From positions 1,320,001 to 1,352,000 of the forward strand of contig NC_009073.1 of assembly GCF_000015805.1 (NCBI RefSeq): a stretch of 32,000 nt of DNA, read 5' to 3'. The notes under the pieces are model-generated. The model did no database searches. It had not been told where the DNA came from and worked only from the letters and a program-made list of their open reading frames with translations. The first letter of the stretch is position 1. The number at the start of each line of letters is the position of its first letter. Shown here one piece after another: positions 1-7,620 of this stretch. Both the position numbers and the translations under genes were made by a program. Origin of the DNA: Pyrobaculum calidifontis JCM 11548 (GTDB lineage Archaea; Thermoproteota; Thermoprotei; Thermoproteales; Thermoproteaceae).

Positions 1-776
1 GCCTCGGCTGCCTCCCTATATTTCTCAAACTCCTCAGGCGGCACCCACCTCTGCACCTCTAGAAACCTCTTGTGCCCCCGGGGCTTGAGGTACTGGCCAA
101 TGGTGACTATGTCCACGTCCACCCGCCTCAAGTCGCTCAAGGCCTCTAACACCTCGTCAAAGGTCTCCCCAAGCCCCACCATTAGGCCAGACTTGGTGAC
201 CGCGCCCAGCTCCTTCGCCATCTTCAACACGCGAAGCGAGACGTCGTAGGAGGCCCTCCTGTCTCTAACAAGCGGAGTCAAGCGGCGCACAGTCTCCAAG
301 TTGTGGGCATAGACGTCGGGCCCCGCCTCTACCACAGACGCCACAGCCTCCGCACTCCCCCCAAAGTCCGGGGTCAACACCTCCACCTTGGCCCAGGGGG
401 CCCTGGCCTTGACCGCCTTGACCACACTGGCGAACTGGGAGGCGCCTCCGTCGGGGAGGTCATCTCTATCCACCGAGGTTATCACCACGTACCTAAGGCC
501 GAGCTTCGCCACGGCTTCCGCCACCCTCGCCGGCTCAGTCGGGTCTACGAAGCCCCTGGGGTCACCCGTCTTAACTGCGCAGAATTTGCACGCCCTAGTA
601 CACACGTCGCCCAGGATGAGAAAGGTCGCAGTGCCCTCCCCCCAGCAGGAAAATATGTTGGGGCAGTGCGCCTCCTCGCAGATGGTGTGAACCCCCGCCG
701 CGAAGACGGCCTCTCTCACCGCGACGATCCTCCCGTAGTCGCCCGCCTTAACCCTAATCCAGCTAGGCAACTCCAC
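1..776 (-). CDS. lipA: lipoyl synthase (radical SAM), C-terminal end cut by left window edge
   Basis: Edge-running minus-strand ORF, absent from the ORF track. My translation from GTG 776: VELPSWIRVKAGDYGRIVAVREAVFAAGVHTICEEAHCPNIFSCWGEGTATFLILGDVCTRACKFCAVKTG...VVITSVDRDDLPDGGA...LMVGLGET...TIGQYL. It has the LipA-type C-x4-C-x5-C cluster (CEEAHCPNIFSC) and the radical-SAM CxxxCxxC motif (CTRACKFC). GTG 776 is the first in-frame start codon after the upstream permease stop at 797. Confidence 0.9.
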   Translation of the reverse strand, partial: MELPSWIRVKAGDYGRIVAVREAVFAAGVHTICEEAHCPNIFSCWGEGTATFLILGDVCTRACKFCAVKTGDPRGFVDPTEPARVAEAVAKLGLRYVVITSVDRDDLPDGGASQFASVVKAVKARAPWAKVEVLTPDFGGSAEAVASVVEAGPDVYAHNLETVRRLTPLVRDRRASYDVSLRVLKMAKELGAVTKSGLMVGLGETFDEVLEALSDLRRVDVDIVTIGQYLKPRGHKRFLEVQRWVPPEEFEKYREAAE

Positions 777-796
777 GTAGAAACTTCGATATGGAT

Positions 797-1969
797 TTAT
801 GGACTCTCCTGCGCCCTGTGGAGCAACCGCCTGTAGACCAAGGCGCCTACTGCGTACAGCGCCAGCCCCGCGGCAACCCCCGGAGCCGCCTGGGAGAGGG
901 CCTCCAGAGGCCCGTAGCCGTATAGGAACATGGCCCTCACCCCGTTGATGCACCACGAGAGCGGCAGAGCCATTGGGACAATGCGGAGCCACTCGGGTAT
1001 CATCCACTGGGGGACGGCGAGCCCTCCCAGGAACATGAGCGGGAAAGCTACGCCGTTTGCCATGGCGGCGGCCGCCTCGGGGGTCCTGGCTAGGGGCGCC
1101 AAGAGGAGGCCTATCCCTATGGTGGACAGCAGGCCCGCGGCCAGTAGAAGCGCGGCGGCGCCCGCCTGGCCCGGCGAAATGGCGCCGTAGTCTGCGCCGA
1201 GGGCGTACCCCACCGCCAGCACAGCCGCGGCCGAGATTCCCACGGCCACCGCCGCGGCGAGCGTGTCGCCGAGGAATATGTGGTAGCTCCTCATTGGGCT
1301 AGAGAGGAGGAGGGCAAGCGTCCTATCACGCCGCCGCTCTATCACGATGTTGACCCCGGTGAACAGCCCTATGAAGAGCGTCTGCACGCCGATGACGCTA
1401 ACCACGTGGAAGAGCGCTAACCCGCCTGGGCCCAGCTTGGGCTCCACGGGGGCCTCGCGGAGGGCGATGGGCTGCGCCACAAATTCCACGTATGGGCGAA
1501 ACGGGGCCGGCGTGAAGTTGACGGCGTATTTGGCGACTGAGGCGCTAAACTCCTCCACTACCCCATACACCACCCCCCTCGCCACTCCGCCCCAGTTGGG
1601 GTCGGCGTAGTAGTACAAGTAGGCCACGGCCCTCCTCGCCTGTGTCAAGTTCGCAGTGAAGCCAGCGGGCACCACCAGCACTACGTCGTATGTGCCATTG
1701 GCCACAAGCCCCGCCACGTCGCCCGCCTGGGCCAGGCGCACCTTAGCCACCCCCGTGGAGTTGAGGGCCTCCAAGAGGGCGGAGGCGAGGGGACCACCAT
1801 CTAAGTCCACCGCCGCCACGTTTAGGCTGACGCTCTGCTGGGGCGACCCAAAGATCAGTATGAACACTGCGACGAGGAGTGCGGGGAATACTACCACCCA
1901 GAAGAGAGTCTCCCGGTACCTCCAGAGCCCCTTTAGAAATAGGTAGGTCTCCGCCAGCACTTGGCTCAT
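797..1969 (-). CDS. ABC-2 type transporter permease
   Basis: 390-aa ORF with an N-terminal TM, a large extracytoplasmic loop, then about 5 C-terminal TMs, the ABC-2 exporter architecture. Its ATG overlaps the upstream ATPase stop (ATGA at 1966-1969). Confidence 0.8.
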   Translation of the reverse strand: MSQVLAETYLFLKGLWRYRETLFWVVVFPALLVAVFILIFGSPQQSVSLNVAAVDLDGGPLASALLEALNSTGVAKVRLAQAGDVAGLVANGTYDVVLVVPAGFTANLTQARRAVAYLYYYADPNWGGVARGVVYGVVEEFSASVAKYAVNFTPAPFRPYVEFVAQPIALREAPVEPKLGPGGLALFHVVSVIGVQTLFIGLFTGVNIVIERRRDRTLALLLSSPMRSYHIFLGDTLAAAVAVGISAAAVLAVGYALGADYGAISPGQAGAAALLLAAGLLSTIGIGLLLAPLARTPEAAAAMANGVAFPLMFLGGLAVPQWMIPEWLRIVPMALPLSWCINGVRAMFLYGYGPLEALSQAAPGVAAGLALYAVGALVYRRLLHRAQESP

Positions 1970-2877
1970 AGCCTCCTCCCCGTCAGTGCGAAGAACACCT
2001 CCTCTAGGCCGGGCTCCCTCGCCTCTATCCGCCAGACCTTGGCGCCGACGCGCAGATAGGCCTCAGCGAGCTTGGGAATCCAAAGGGAGGCGTCCGCCAC
2101 CTCGTACTCGTAGACGCCGGGCCCCGCCTCCCTCGGCCGCGCCCCCTCCACCTCGATCCCCTTGGCGCCTTCGGCGTATACCAAGACGCGCGGGTTTGGG
2201 GCATACTTGGCCACGAGCTCCCCCGGCCGCCCAGCCGCTGCGACTCTCCCCTCGTGCATAATTACGACGAAGTCTGCCCTCCGCTGGGCCTCCTCCGCCA
2301 TGTGGGTGGTGAAGAGCACAGCCCTCCCCCTCCCCACCTTGGCCAGTAGGTCCCAGAGGTCGGCCCTGGCCACTGGGTCGAGGCCGGATGTCGGCTCGTC
2401 TAAGACGAGGGCCTCCGGGTTGCCGAGGAGCGCCGCGGCCACGGCGAGCTTGCGCCTCATCCCGCCGCTGTAGAGAGCCACCCTCTTCCCCCTATGCTCG
2501 TACAGCCCAACCTCCTCCAAAAGCCGGCGCGCCTCTCTCCCAGCCTCAAAGAGGCCCAGCCCCTTTATTAGGCCTATCCAGACCAAGTTCTCATACCCGC
2601 TGAGCTTGTCCTTAAACGGCATGTCCTGAGGCGCGTAGCCAAGAAGCCTCCTAGCTCTAAGCCCATCCCTCCCCCACATATAGAAGCCGCACACCCTCAC
2701 GCTCCCCCTATCGGGCCTGAGAGCCCCCACCACCATAGACAGAGTGGTGGTCTTCCCAGCCCCGTTGGGCCCCATCAGAGCAGTGAAGCCCACCCCAGCG
2801 GAGAAAGAGACGCCGTCCACCACCCTCCGCCCGCCAAAGGCCTTCACAAGCCCCAGAGCCTCAATTACACACCCCAT
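1966..2877 (-). CDS. ABC transporter ATP-binding protein
   Basis: Walker A GPNGAGKTT, ABC signature YSGGMRRKL, Walker B LVLDEPTSGLD. TATA-like TTTTTTAAAC lies on the minus strand about 20 nt upstream of ATG 2877. Confidence 0.9.
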   Translation of the reverse strand: MGCVIEALGLVKAFGGRRVVDGVSFSAGVGFTALMGPNGAGKTTTLSMVVGALRPDRGSVRVCGFYMWGRDGLRARRLLGYAPQDMPFKDKLSGYENLVWIGLIKGLGLFEAGREARRLLEEVGLYEHRGKRVALYSGGMRRKLAVAAALLGNPEALVLDEPTSGLDPVARADLWDLLAKVGRGRAVLFTTHMAEEAQRRADFVVIMHEGRVAAAGRPGELVAKYAPNPRVLVYAEGAKGIEVEGARPREAGPGVYEYEVADASLWIPKLAEAYLRVGAKVWRIEAREPGLEEVFFALTGRRL

Positions 2878-2920
2878 GGAGAAATTAAACGCGTTTAAAA
2901 AATAGCGAGTTAAAAGGGGG

Positions 2921-3778
2921 CTACGGCTCGTCGCCCTTCTTCACTGGGACGCCCACTAGGTTGTTCCACTCGGCCGAGGACCCGTCGTATACCCTCACCG
3001 AGGGGTAGCCCAGTAGGTACTTTAGCACAAACCAGGTGTGGGCCGCCCTTTCGCCGATGCGGCAGTAGGTGATCACCTCCTTATCCGGCGTAACTCCCCT
3101 CTTCTCGTAGAGCTCCCTAATCGCCGAGAGGTCTTTGAATCTGCCAGTCTCGGGGTCCACCACCTGGGCCCAGGGTATGTTAATGGCGCCGGGTATGTGG
3201 CCTCCCACCTGTGTCTGCTCGTTGGGATACTCGGGGGGTGCCGTGACGTCGCCCCGGTACTCGGCGGGCGACCTCACGTCCACGAGGACGACGCGCCTCC
3301 CCACCTCCCCCCTGGTCACCGCCTGGAGGATCTCCCAGAAGTACGCCCTGTGAGAGCCCCAGTCCACCCTCTTCACCTTGTAGCGGCCCCTGGGGAAGCT
3401 GGGCACCTCCTTCGAGGTAGGCCTCCCCTCCTTGGCCCACGCCGTCCTGCCCCCGTCCATAATTCTCACGTCCTCGTGGCCATACGCCTTGAATAGCCAA
3501 AAGGCGTAGGTGGCGAACCAGTTGTTAAAGTCGCCGTATAGCACCACCGTGGTGTCGTTGGACACGCCCCGCTCCTCCATCAGCTTCTCAAAGGTCTCAG
3601 GGGGGACGAAGTCTCTTATGACTGGGTGCCTCATCTCCTTCCACGTCAACAACGCAGCGTTGGGGACATGCCACACATTATACGCCGTATTTGGGTCGTA
3701 GTCCACCTCGATGATCCTAACCTTGGGATCGTTTAGGTGCTGCTGCACCCACTCCGTCGAAACCAACACCTCTGGCAT
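2921..3778 (-). CDS. two-domain rhodanese (thiosulfate/3-mercaptopyruvate sulfurtransferase family)
   Basis: 285 aa, tandem rhodanese layout, C-terminal active-site loop CRIGERAAH (CRxGxR type). Confidence 0.85.
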   Translation of the reverse strand: MPEVLVSTEWVQQHLNDPKVRIIEVDYDPNTAYNVWHVPNAALLTWKEMRHPVIRDFVPPETFEKLMEERGVSNDTTVVLYGDFNNWFATYAFWLFKAYGHEDVRIMDGGRTAWAKEGRPTSKEVPSFPRGRYKVKRVDWGSHRAYFWEILQAVTRGEVGRRVVLVDVRSPAEYRGDVTAPPEYPNEQTQVGGHIPGAINIPWAQVVDPETGRFKDLSAIRELYEKRGVTPDKEVITYCRIGERAAHTWFVLKYLLGYPSVRVYDGSSAEWNNLVGVPVKKGDEP

Positions 3779-3800
3779 GAACTAATTTTCGATACAACTT

Positions 3801-3816
3801 TATATACTTATATACT
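3801..3816 (-). promoter_or_regulatory. tandemly duplicated TATA element upstream of the rhodanese gene
   Basis: Plus-strand TATATACT repeated back to back (3801-3808, 3809-3816). On the minus strand this reads AGTATATAAGTATATA, and the proximal copy lies 23-30 nt from ATG 3778. Confidence 0.4.
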
Positions 3817-3876
3817 TCTGCTCATTTTACACCACACGCCGCGAGGCCATAAGGCGGCCAGAGGCGCCAAGGTGTG

Positions 3877-4113
3877 CTAAGCGGTGATGAGAAGCCTAAT
3901 TCTCCCGCCGTCTCTCTCCTCCTGCACCTTGAACCCCGCGCCTTGGGCCACGGCCTTTATGGTCAAGGCCCAGTCAAAGTCGTCGGTTTCCACCAAGACT
4001 CCGCCGCCTCCTCTGGCCTTTACCTCGCTTAGCTTCTCCATCACTATATAAGCCGGGTGTTTAAGGCCAAGCTTGCCGCACGCATCCTCCCTAAGAATAA
4101 CCACCTTTTCCAC
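3877..4113 (-). CDS. TusA/SirA-like small protein with a non-canonical active-site region
   Basis: The ORF track gives 3877..4206. I prefer GTG 4113 (VEKVVILREDACGKLGLKHPAYIVMEKL...). The palindromic ATTTAAAT at 4132-4139 lies 19-26 nt upstream of it. The longer version would overlap the divergent CDGSH gene and read through AT-rich promoter DNA. The pattern GL+xPxxxxxxxL ... VLVETDD ... resembles TusA (E. coli LGLRCPEPVMMVRK ... LLIIADD, recalled from memory). Confidence 0.5.
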   Translation of the reverse strand: MEKVVILREDACGKLGLKHPAYIVMEKLSEVKARGGGGVLVETDDFDWALTIKAVAQGAGFKVQEERDGGRIRLLITA

Positions 4114-4184
4114 AGATGTTCCACGAATCCTATTTAAATGTTTAAGTTTGTTAACTTTTAAATAAATCAGTGTGTCTAAGCGCC

Positions 4185-4346
4185 ATGGCGGTGGAAATAA
4201 GGGCAATAGAGAATGGGCCGTATGAAGTTAAGATAGGCGGGAGGGCCATCTACCTCTGCCGCTGCGGGCACTCCGGCTCAAAGCCTCACTGCGACGGCAC
4301 GCATGCAAAAGTGGGGTTTAAGGCGCCTGGCGCCAAAATAGTCTAG
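4185..4346 (+). CDS. CDGSH-type iron-sulfur domain protein (53 aa)
   Basis: Not in the ORF track (under 60 aa). Codon-by-codon translation: MAVEIRAIENGPYEVKIGGRAIYLCRCGHSGSKPHCDGTHAKVGFKAPGAKIV*. CRCGHSGSKPHCDGTH matches the CDGSH signature C-x-C-x2-S-x3-P-x-C-D-G-x-H exactly. TATA-like TTTTAAATAAA lies about 20-28 nt upstream of ATG 4185. Confidence 0.8.
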   Translation: MAVEIRAIENGPYEVKIGGRAIYLCRCGHSGSKPHCDGTHAKVGFKAPGAKIV

Positions 4347-4657
4347 CGCCGGGCGGCGAACCTGGCGTATATTTTTTCGATCTCCAGGGCGAGGGCCACG
4401 TCTTTCTCTGTGATACAGCCCTCGTCGTGGGTTATGAGGTAGACGTCCACCTTGTTGTACCCCTCTATGCATACGTCTGGGTGGTGGTTAGCCGCGTCGG
4501 CCACCTTCCTCACCTCTGCCAAGAACTCCACCGCCTCGGCGAAGCTCGCCAGAGAGAAGCGCTTGTGGAGCCTGGGGGGTTGCCCAGACGTGCCCCAGCC
4601 CACTGCGCCCCTGCCCGCGAGCTCTGACAAGGCGTCGCTGGGCTTTTTACAGGCCAT
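4343..4657 (-). CDS. pterin-4a-carbinolamine dehydratase (PCD/DCoH family)
   Basis: 104 aa. F..A..F...V...A....HHPD....Y..V.V.L.THD pattern (ANHHPDVCIEGYNKVDVYLITHDEG), typical length and motifs of PCD. Confidence 0.8.
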   Translation of the reverse strand: MACKKPSDALSELAGRGAVGWGTSGQPPRLHKRFSLASFAEAVEFLAEVRKVADAANHHPDVCIEGYNKVDVYLITHDEGCITEKDVALALEIEKIYARFAARR

Positions 4658-4688
4658 GAAAAAGCCGATTTGTGTTTTAAAAAGTGGC

Positions 4689-5174
4689 CTACTGGGCGGC
4701 CAGCTTGTTCACCGTGTTTATCACCTCGTCGTATGGAGGCTCGTCGAGGGGGTTGTCGCTGTACCACACGTACTTAATTGTGCCGTCAGGCGCTATGATG
4801 TACACGGCGCGTTTGGCGAGGTAGTACAGTGGGAAGTGGAGGAGCTTTGGGAGCACCACGTCGTAGAGGGCGATGACCTGCCTATTGAAGTCGCTGACCA
4901 GGGTGAAGTGGAGCCTGTTCTTCTCCTTGAACTCCTTCAGCGAGAACGGCGAGTCCACGGATATTGCTATAACCTCGGCGTTAGCCTTGGCGAGCTTGGC
5001 CATGTTGTCGCGGAAGGTGCACAGCTCCTTTGTACACACGCTCGTGAACGCCCCTGGGAAGAACAGAAGCACCACGTACCTCCCCCTCGCCAAAACCTCG
5101 CTCAGCCTCACGGGCTTTAGATCTGTGTCCAACGCCTCGAAGTCCGGTGCCTTGTCTCCAACTTTCAACGGCAT
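4689..5174 (-). CDS. bcp: peroxiredoxin, AhpC/TSA family (Bcp/PrxQ type)
   Basis: MPLKVGDKAPDFEA...FFPGAFTSVCTKELC (peroxidatic Cys in a T-x-x-C context). I prefer ATG 5174 over the track start 5204 because TATA-like TTTTTAT lies 22-29 nt upstream of 5174. Confidence 0.85.
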   Translation of the reverse strand: MPLKVGDKAPDFEALDTDLKPVRLSEVLARGRYVVLLFFPGAFTSVCTKELCTFRDNMAKLAKANAEVIAISVDSPFSLKEFKEKNRLHFTLVSDFNRQVIALYDVVLPKLLHFPLYYLAKRAVYIIAPDGTIKYVWYSDNPLDEPPYDEVINTVNKLAAQ

Positions 5175-5250
5175 GACACAAGGCCGACTTCCACATAAAA
5201 ACATTGAAAGACAGTAGAAGAGTTGGAGAAAAAAGAAAGTTGTTTTCGAT

Positions 5251-5670
5251 CTACCCGCTGACTACCACTTTACCGTACCAGGGGCTCCACTTGGCCCACC
5301 TTGGTATGTGGGCAAAGGTGGAGTTTATGCCGAGGAATAGGGCGATGATGGCGGCTACCACGAGTATGGCGATGATGAGGTAGGCGGCGCCTCTGCCAGC
5401 CTTGCCCATGGTTAAGAGCGGGCTCAGTAGGCCTGCGAGGCCTACGAACATGAACAACGCCGCGGCTATCTCGGGCTCCTGTGTGAGGTGGAAGTAGGCG
5501 ATGGCAACGCCGTATATAAATATGGGCAACGACAAGCCGGCGTAGAGGTAGAACACCGGCTTCTGTATGTGGTTAAACCAGCTGGCCACGCCCAGCGATA
5601 TAAACACGACGCCCAGCAGAGGCCATGAGTCCGAGTAAAGTATGTTGTAGGGGCCTGGGAAAGGCCACAC
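5251..5670 (-). CDS. polytopic membrane protein of unknown function (start uncertain; frame open to 5895)
   Basis: 139-aa ORF from GTG 5670 with about 4 hydrophobic helices. The same frame stays open for 75 more codons upstream (to TGA at 5896-5898). That stretch encodes two further TM-like segments but no ATG/GTG/TTG (see findings). Confidence 0.5.
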   Translation of the reverse strand: MWPFPGPYNILYSDSWPLLGVVFISLGVASWFNHIQKPVFYLYAGLSLPIFIYGVAIAYFHLTQEPEIAAALFMFVGLAGLLSPLLTMGKAGRGAAYLIIAILVVAAIIALFLGINSTFAHIPRWAKWSPWYGKVVVSG

Positions 5671-5983
5671 GGCGGTTGCCCATATGCCTGTGGCGAGGAT
5701 GTAAACGCCCAGGGGTACAAAGCCAGCCGCGAAGGCCTTGTTGAGTCCGGGATCCGCCGGTTTTACAAAATTCCTGTAGACCCAGTAGGCCAGTAGGAAC
5801 AGGGAAACGCCCAGTATCTGTAGCCACAGATCCAGCGGGTCGATAAACAGTGTTACTTGTTGAGCTTGGGCTTGGAACTGCTTCGGTTTACTTTTTCACT
5901 TTACTATTTAAACCTTGTTATTCAAGGTGTACACAAACGGCCACAGTGTATACAACCGTTCACTAAGGCCAGTTAAGTATTTA

Positions 5984-6310
5984 ATGAGACGCGCAGAAGT
6001 ATATGTGGAGTGCCCCGTTGTGAAGGCGTGGCGCATCTTAGGCCGGCCGTGGCGTCTTGTGATAATTGAGCGACTGCTCCACGGGCCTAGAAAATTCAAC
6101 GACCTCCTCTGGAGCATGCCGGGCATTAGCAGCAGGACGCTCTCCAAGGCGCTGAGGGAGTTGGAGGAGTTGGGCATAGTGGCGAGGAAGACCGAGGGAA
6201 GGCACGTCTACTACTACTTGACAGAGAAGGGGAGGGACTTGGCAGAGGTAGTGGAGGCGGTTAGGAAGTGGGCTGAGAAGTGGATGCCGCCCCGCGCCGC
6301 CGAGCAGTAG
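5984..6310 (+). CDS. HxlR-family winged-helix transcriptional regulator
   Basis: MRRAEVYVECPVVKAWRILGRPWRLVIIERLLHGPRKFNDLLWSMPGISSRTLSKALRELEELGIVARK matches the HxlR pattern CP......G..W...I...L..G..RF..L......IS...L...L..LE..G.V.R. I prefer ATG 5984 over the track TTG 5915. Confidence 0.85.
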   Translation: MRRAEVYVECPVVKAWRILGRPWRLVIIERLLHGPRKFNDLLWSMPGISSRTLSKALRELEELGIVARKTEGRHVYYYLTEKGRDLAEVVEAVRKWAEKWMPPRAAEQ

Positions 6311-6338
6311 GCTTATAAGGAAATGCGGTAGCCAATGC

Positions 6339-6839
6339 GTGGGAGTGCTTGAGTTCTACCCACCGTGGAGAGACTTGAAGCGCTACGTCGAGGCTAGGCT
6401 CAGGGAAGCGGAGTGGGAGGCCAAGCTGGCCGAGGAGTTTTTAGAAAACGGCCTCCTCCGAAACGCCGCCGGCAAGGCGTTTCAGGCGTGGAAGGCGGTG
6501 CTCGCAGCCGCGGCTGCTCTTGCGAGAGAGCTAGTGGAGAAGCGCGTGCCTGGCTTCGTCGTGGATAGGCTGGGGAAGAGGCGGCGCCGCGCCGACATGG
6601 TCATCGCCCTAATGCCCACGAGCAAGATGCGCACCGTGGCGGGGGCCCTCGCGGAGAAGTTCGGCTGGGAAGTGGTCTACTTGACCTCCCTCGCCCTAGA
6701 CCTCCGCGAGTTTCAACACAGCGGCGTTGACCCCGAGGGCGTCGCCAGCCGGTACACGGACGTGAGAGACGTAGAGAGAGACGTGCGGCACTTGGCGGAG
6801 AAGGCGCGGGAGTGGGCGGCCAAGCTGAAAGCCTTTTAA
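6339..6839 (+). CDS. PaREP1-family protein (Thermoproteales-specific paralog family)
   Basis: 166 aa, all-helical. The N-terminal AEEFLENGLLRNAAGKAFQAWKAVLAAAA block matches my recollection of the PaREP1/PaREP8 family signature. No database check was possible. Confidence 0.6.
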   Translation: MGVLEFYPPWRDLKRYVEARLREAEWEAKLAEEFLENGLLRNAAGKAFQAWKAVLAAAAALARELVEKRVPGFVVDRLGKRRRRADMVIALMPTSKMRTVAGALAEKFGWEVVYLTSLALDLREFQHSGVDPEGVASRYTDVRDVERDVRHLAEKAREWAAKLKAF

Positions 6840-6859
6840 AGGACGGACGATACGCCTCC

Positions 6860-7198
6860 GTGGACTGTGTTGGGGAGGCCTTGTCTAAGTTCAAGGCCGT
6901 GTTCGGCGCAGAGGCGGAGGTAGAGGTGATAGAGGCGGCCGGGGACAGAGTGGCGGCCAGGTTCGGGGGGAACATGTGCTACACTTGCGGCACCTACGAC
7001 TACTTCGAGGACTTTGCCTACTTCCTCTCAGACTGCGCAGGAGAGGACTGGGGCGTGGAGTCCTACAGCCAGAACCCAGACGGCACCTACACCGTGGTCT
7101 TTAGGCCAAGGCGCCTCATAGGCAAGCGGGTACGCCACGTGGTTATCAGAATAGGAGACGAAGTGTTAGATAGAGTCGTAGAAGACGCCGCCAGTTAA
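6860..7198 (+). CDS. hypothetical protein
   Basis: The track ORF 6812..7198 overlaps the PaREP1 stop. GTG 6860 is the first in-frame start after it. Contains CYTCGTYDYFEDF and DCAGEDW. No family recognised. Confidence 0.35.
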   Translation: MDCVGEALSKFKAVFGAEAEVEVIEAAGDRVAARFGGNMCYTCGTYDYFEDFAYFLSDCAGEDWGVESYSQNPDGTYTVVFRPRRLIGKRVRHVVIRIGDEVLDRVVEDAAS

Positions 7199-7526
7199 CG
7201 GCGGCGTAGCACAAAGCGCGCAGAGTCGCCCTTCGCGGAAGTGAGGGCGAATTAATGCCAGGAGGTACAACTAGGTGCAAACGGCGCCCCTCCCCTCCTC
7301 GTCTAGGGCCAAGGGCTGTGGAAAATCCACTATGGTTTAAGGACTTAGACGACGAGATCCTCTAAGTGTACGCCTCTCAGAGAAGCTGGAGACGCCCTCG
7401 ACTCGGCTAGGATAGCGGAGTTCCTCATTTAGAAGGCCGTGGAGCTTCGCTTGTCATTGTCTAGCCTAGGCGAGGTAGTGAGCGTAAAGCTACAAAACTT
7501 TTAAACAGAGAATTTGATCAGCGGTG

Positions 7527-7620
7527 GGGCCCGTAGCTCAGCCTGGATAGAGCGGCGGCCTTCTAAGCCGTAGGTCGTGGGTTCAGGCAACGCCGCCCAA
7601 AAATCCCATCGGGCCCGCCA
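7527..7620 (+). tRNA. tRNA-Arg (anticodon TCT) with a 16-nt intron in the T-loop; CCA encoded
   Basis: Manual cloverleaf: acceptor GGGCCCG/CGGGCCC, D arm GCTC-AGCCTGGATA-GAGC, anticodon arm GCGGC-CTTCTAA-GCCGT (TCT at 7562-7564), variable AGGTC. The T stem GTGGG/CCCAT closes only if 16 nt (about 7586-7601, GGCAACGCCGCCCAAA) are removed from TTCA^AAT. Discriminator G, then CCA at 7618-7620. TATA CTTTTAAA lies about 24 nt upstream. Confidence 0.85.

Noticed and set aside
303-836. 177-aa and 100-aa plus-strand ORFs at the left edge
   Set aside because: They are antisense shadows of the edge-running lipA gene (minus strand), which carries unmistakable radical-SAM/LipA motifs.
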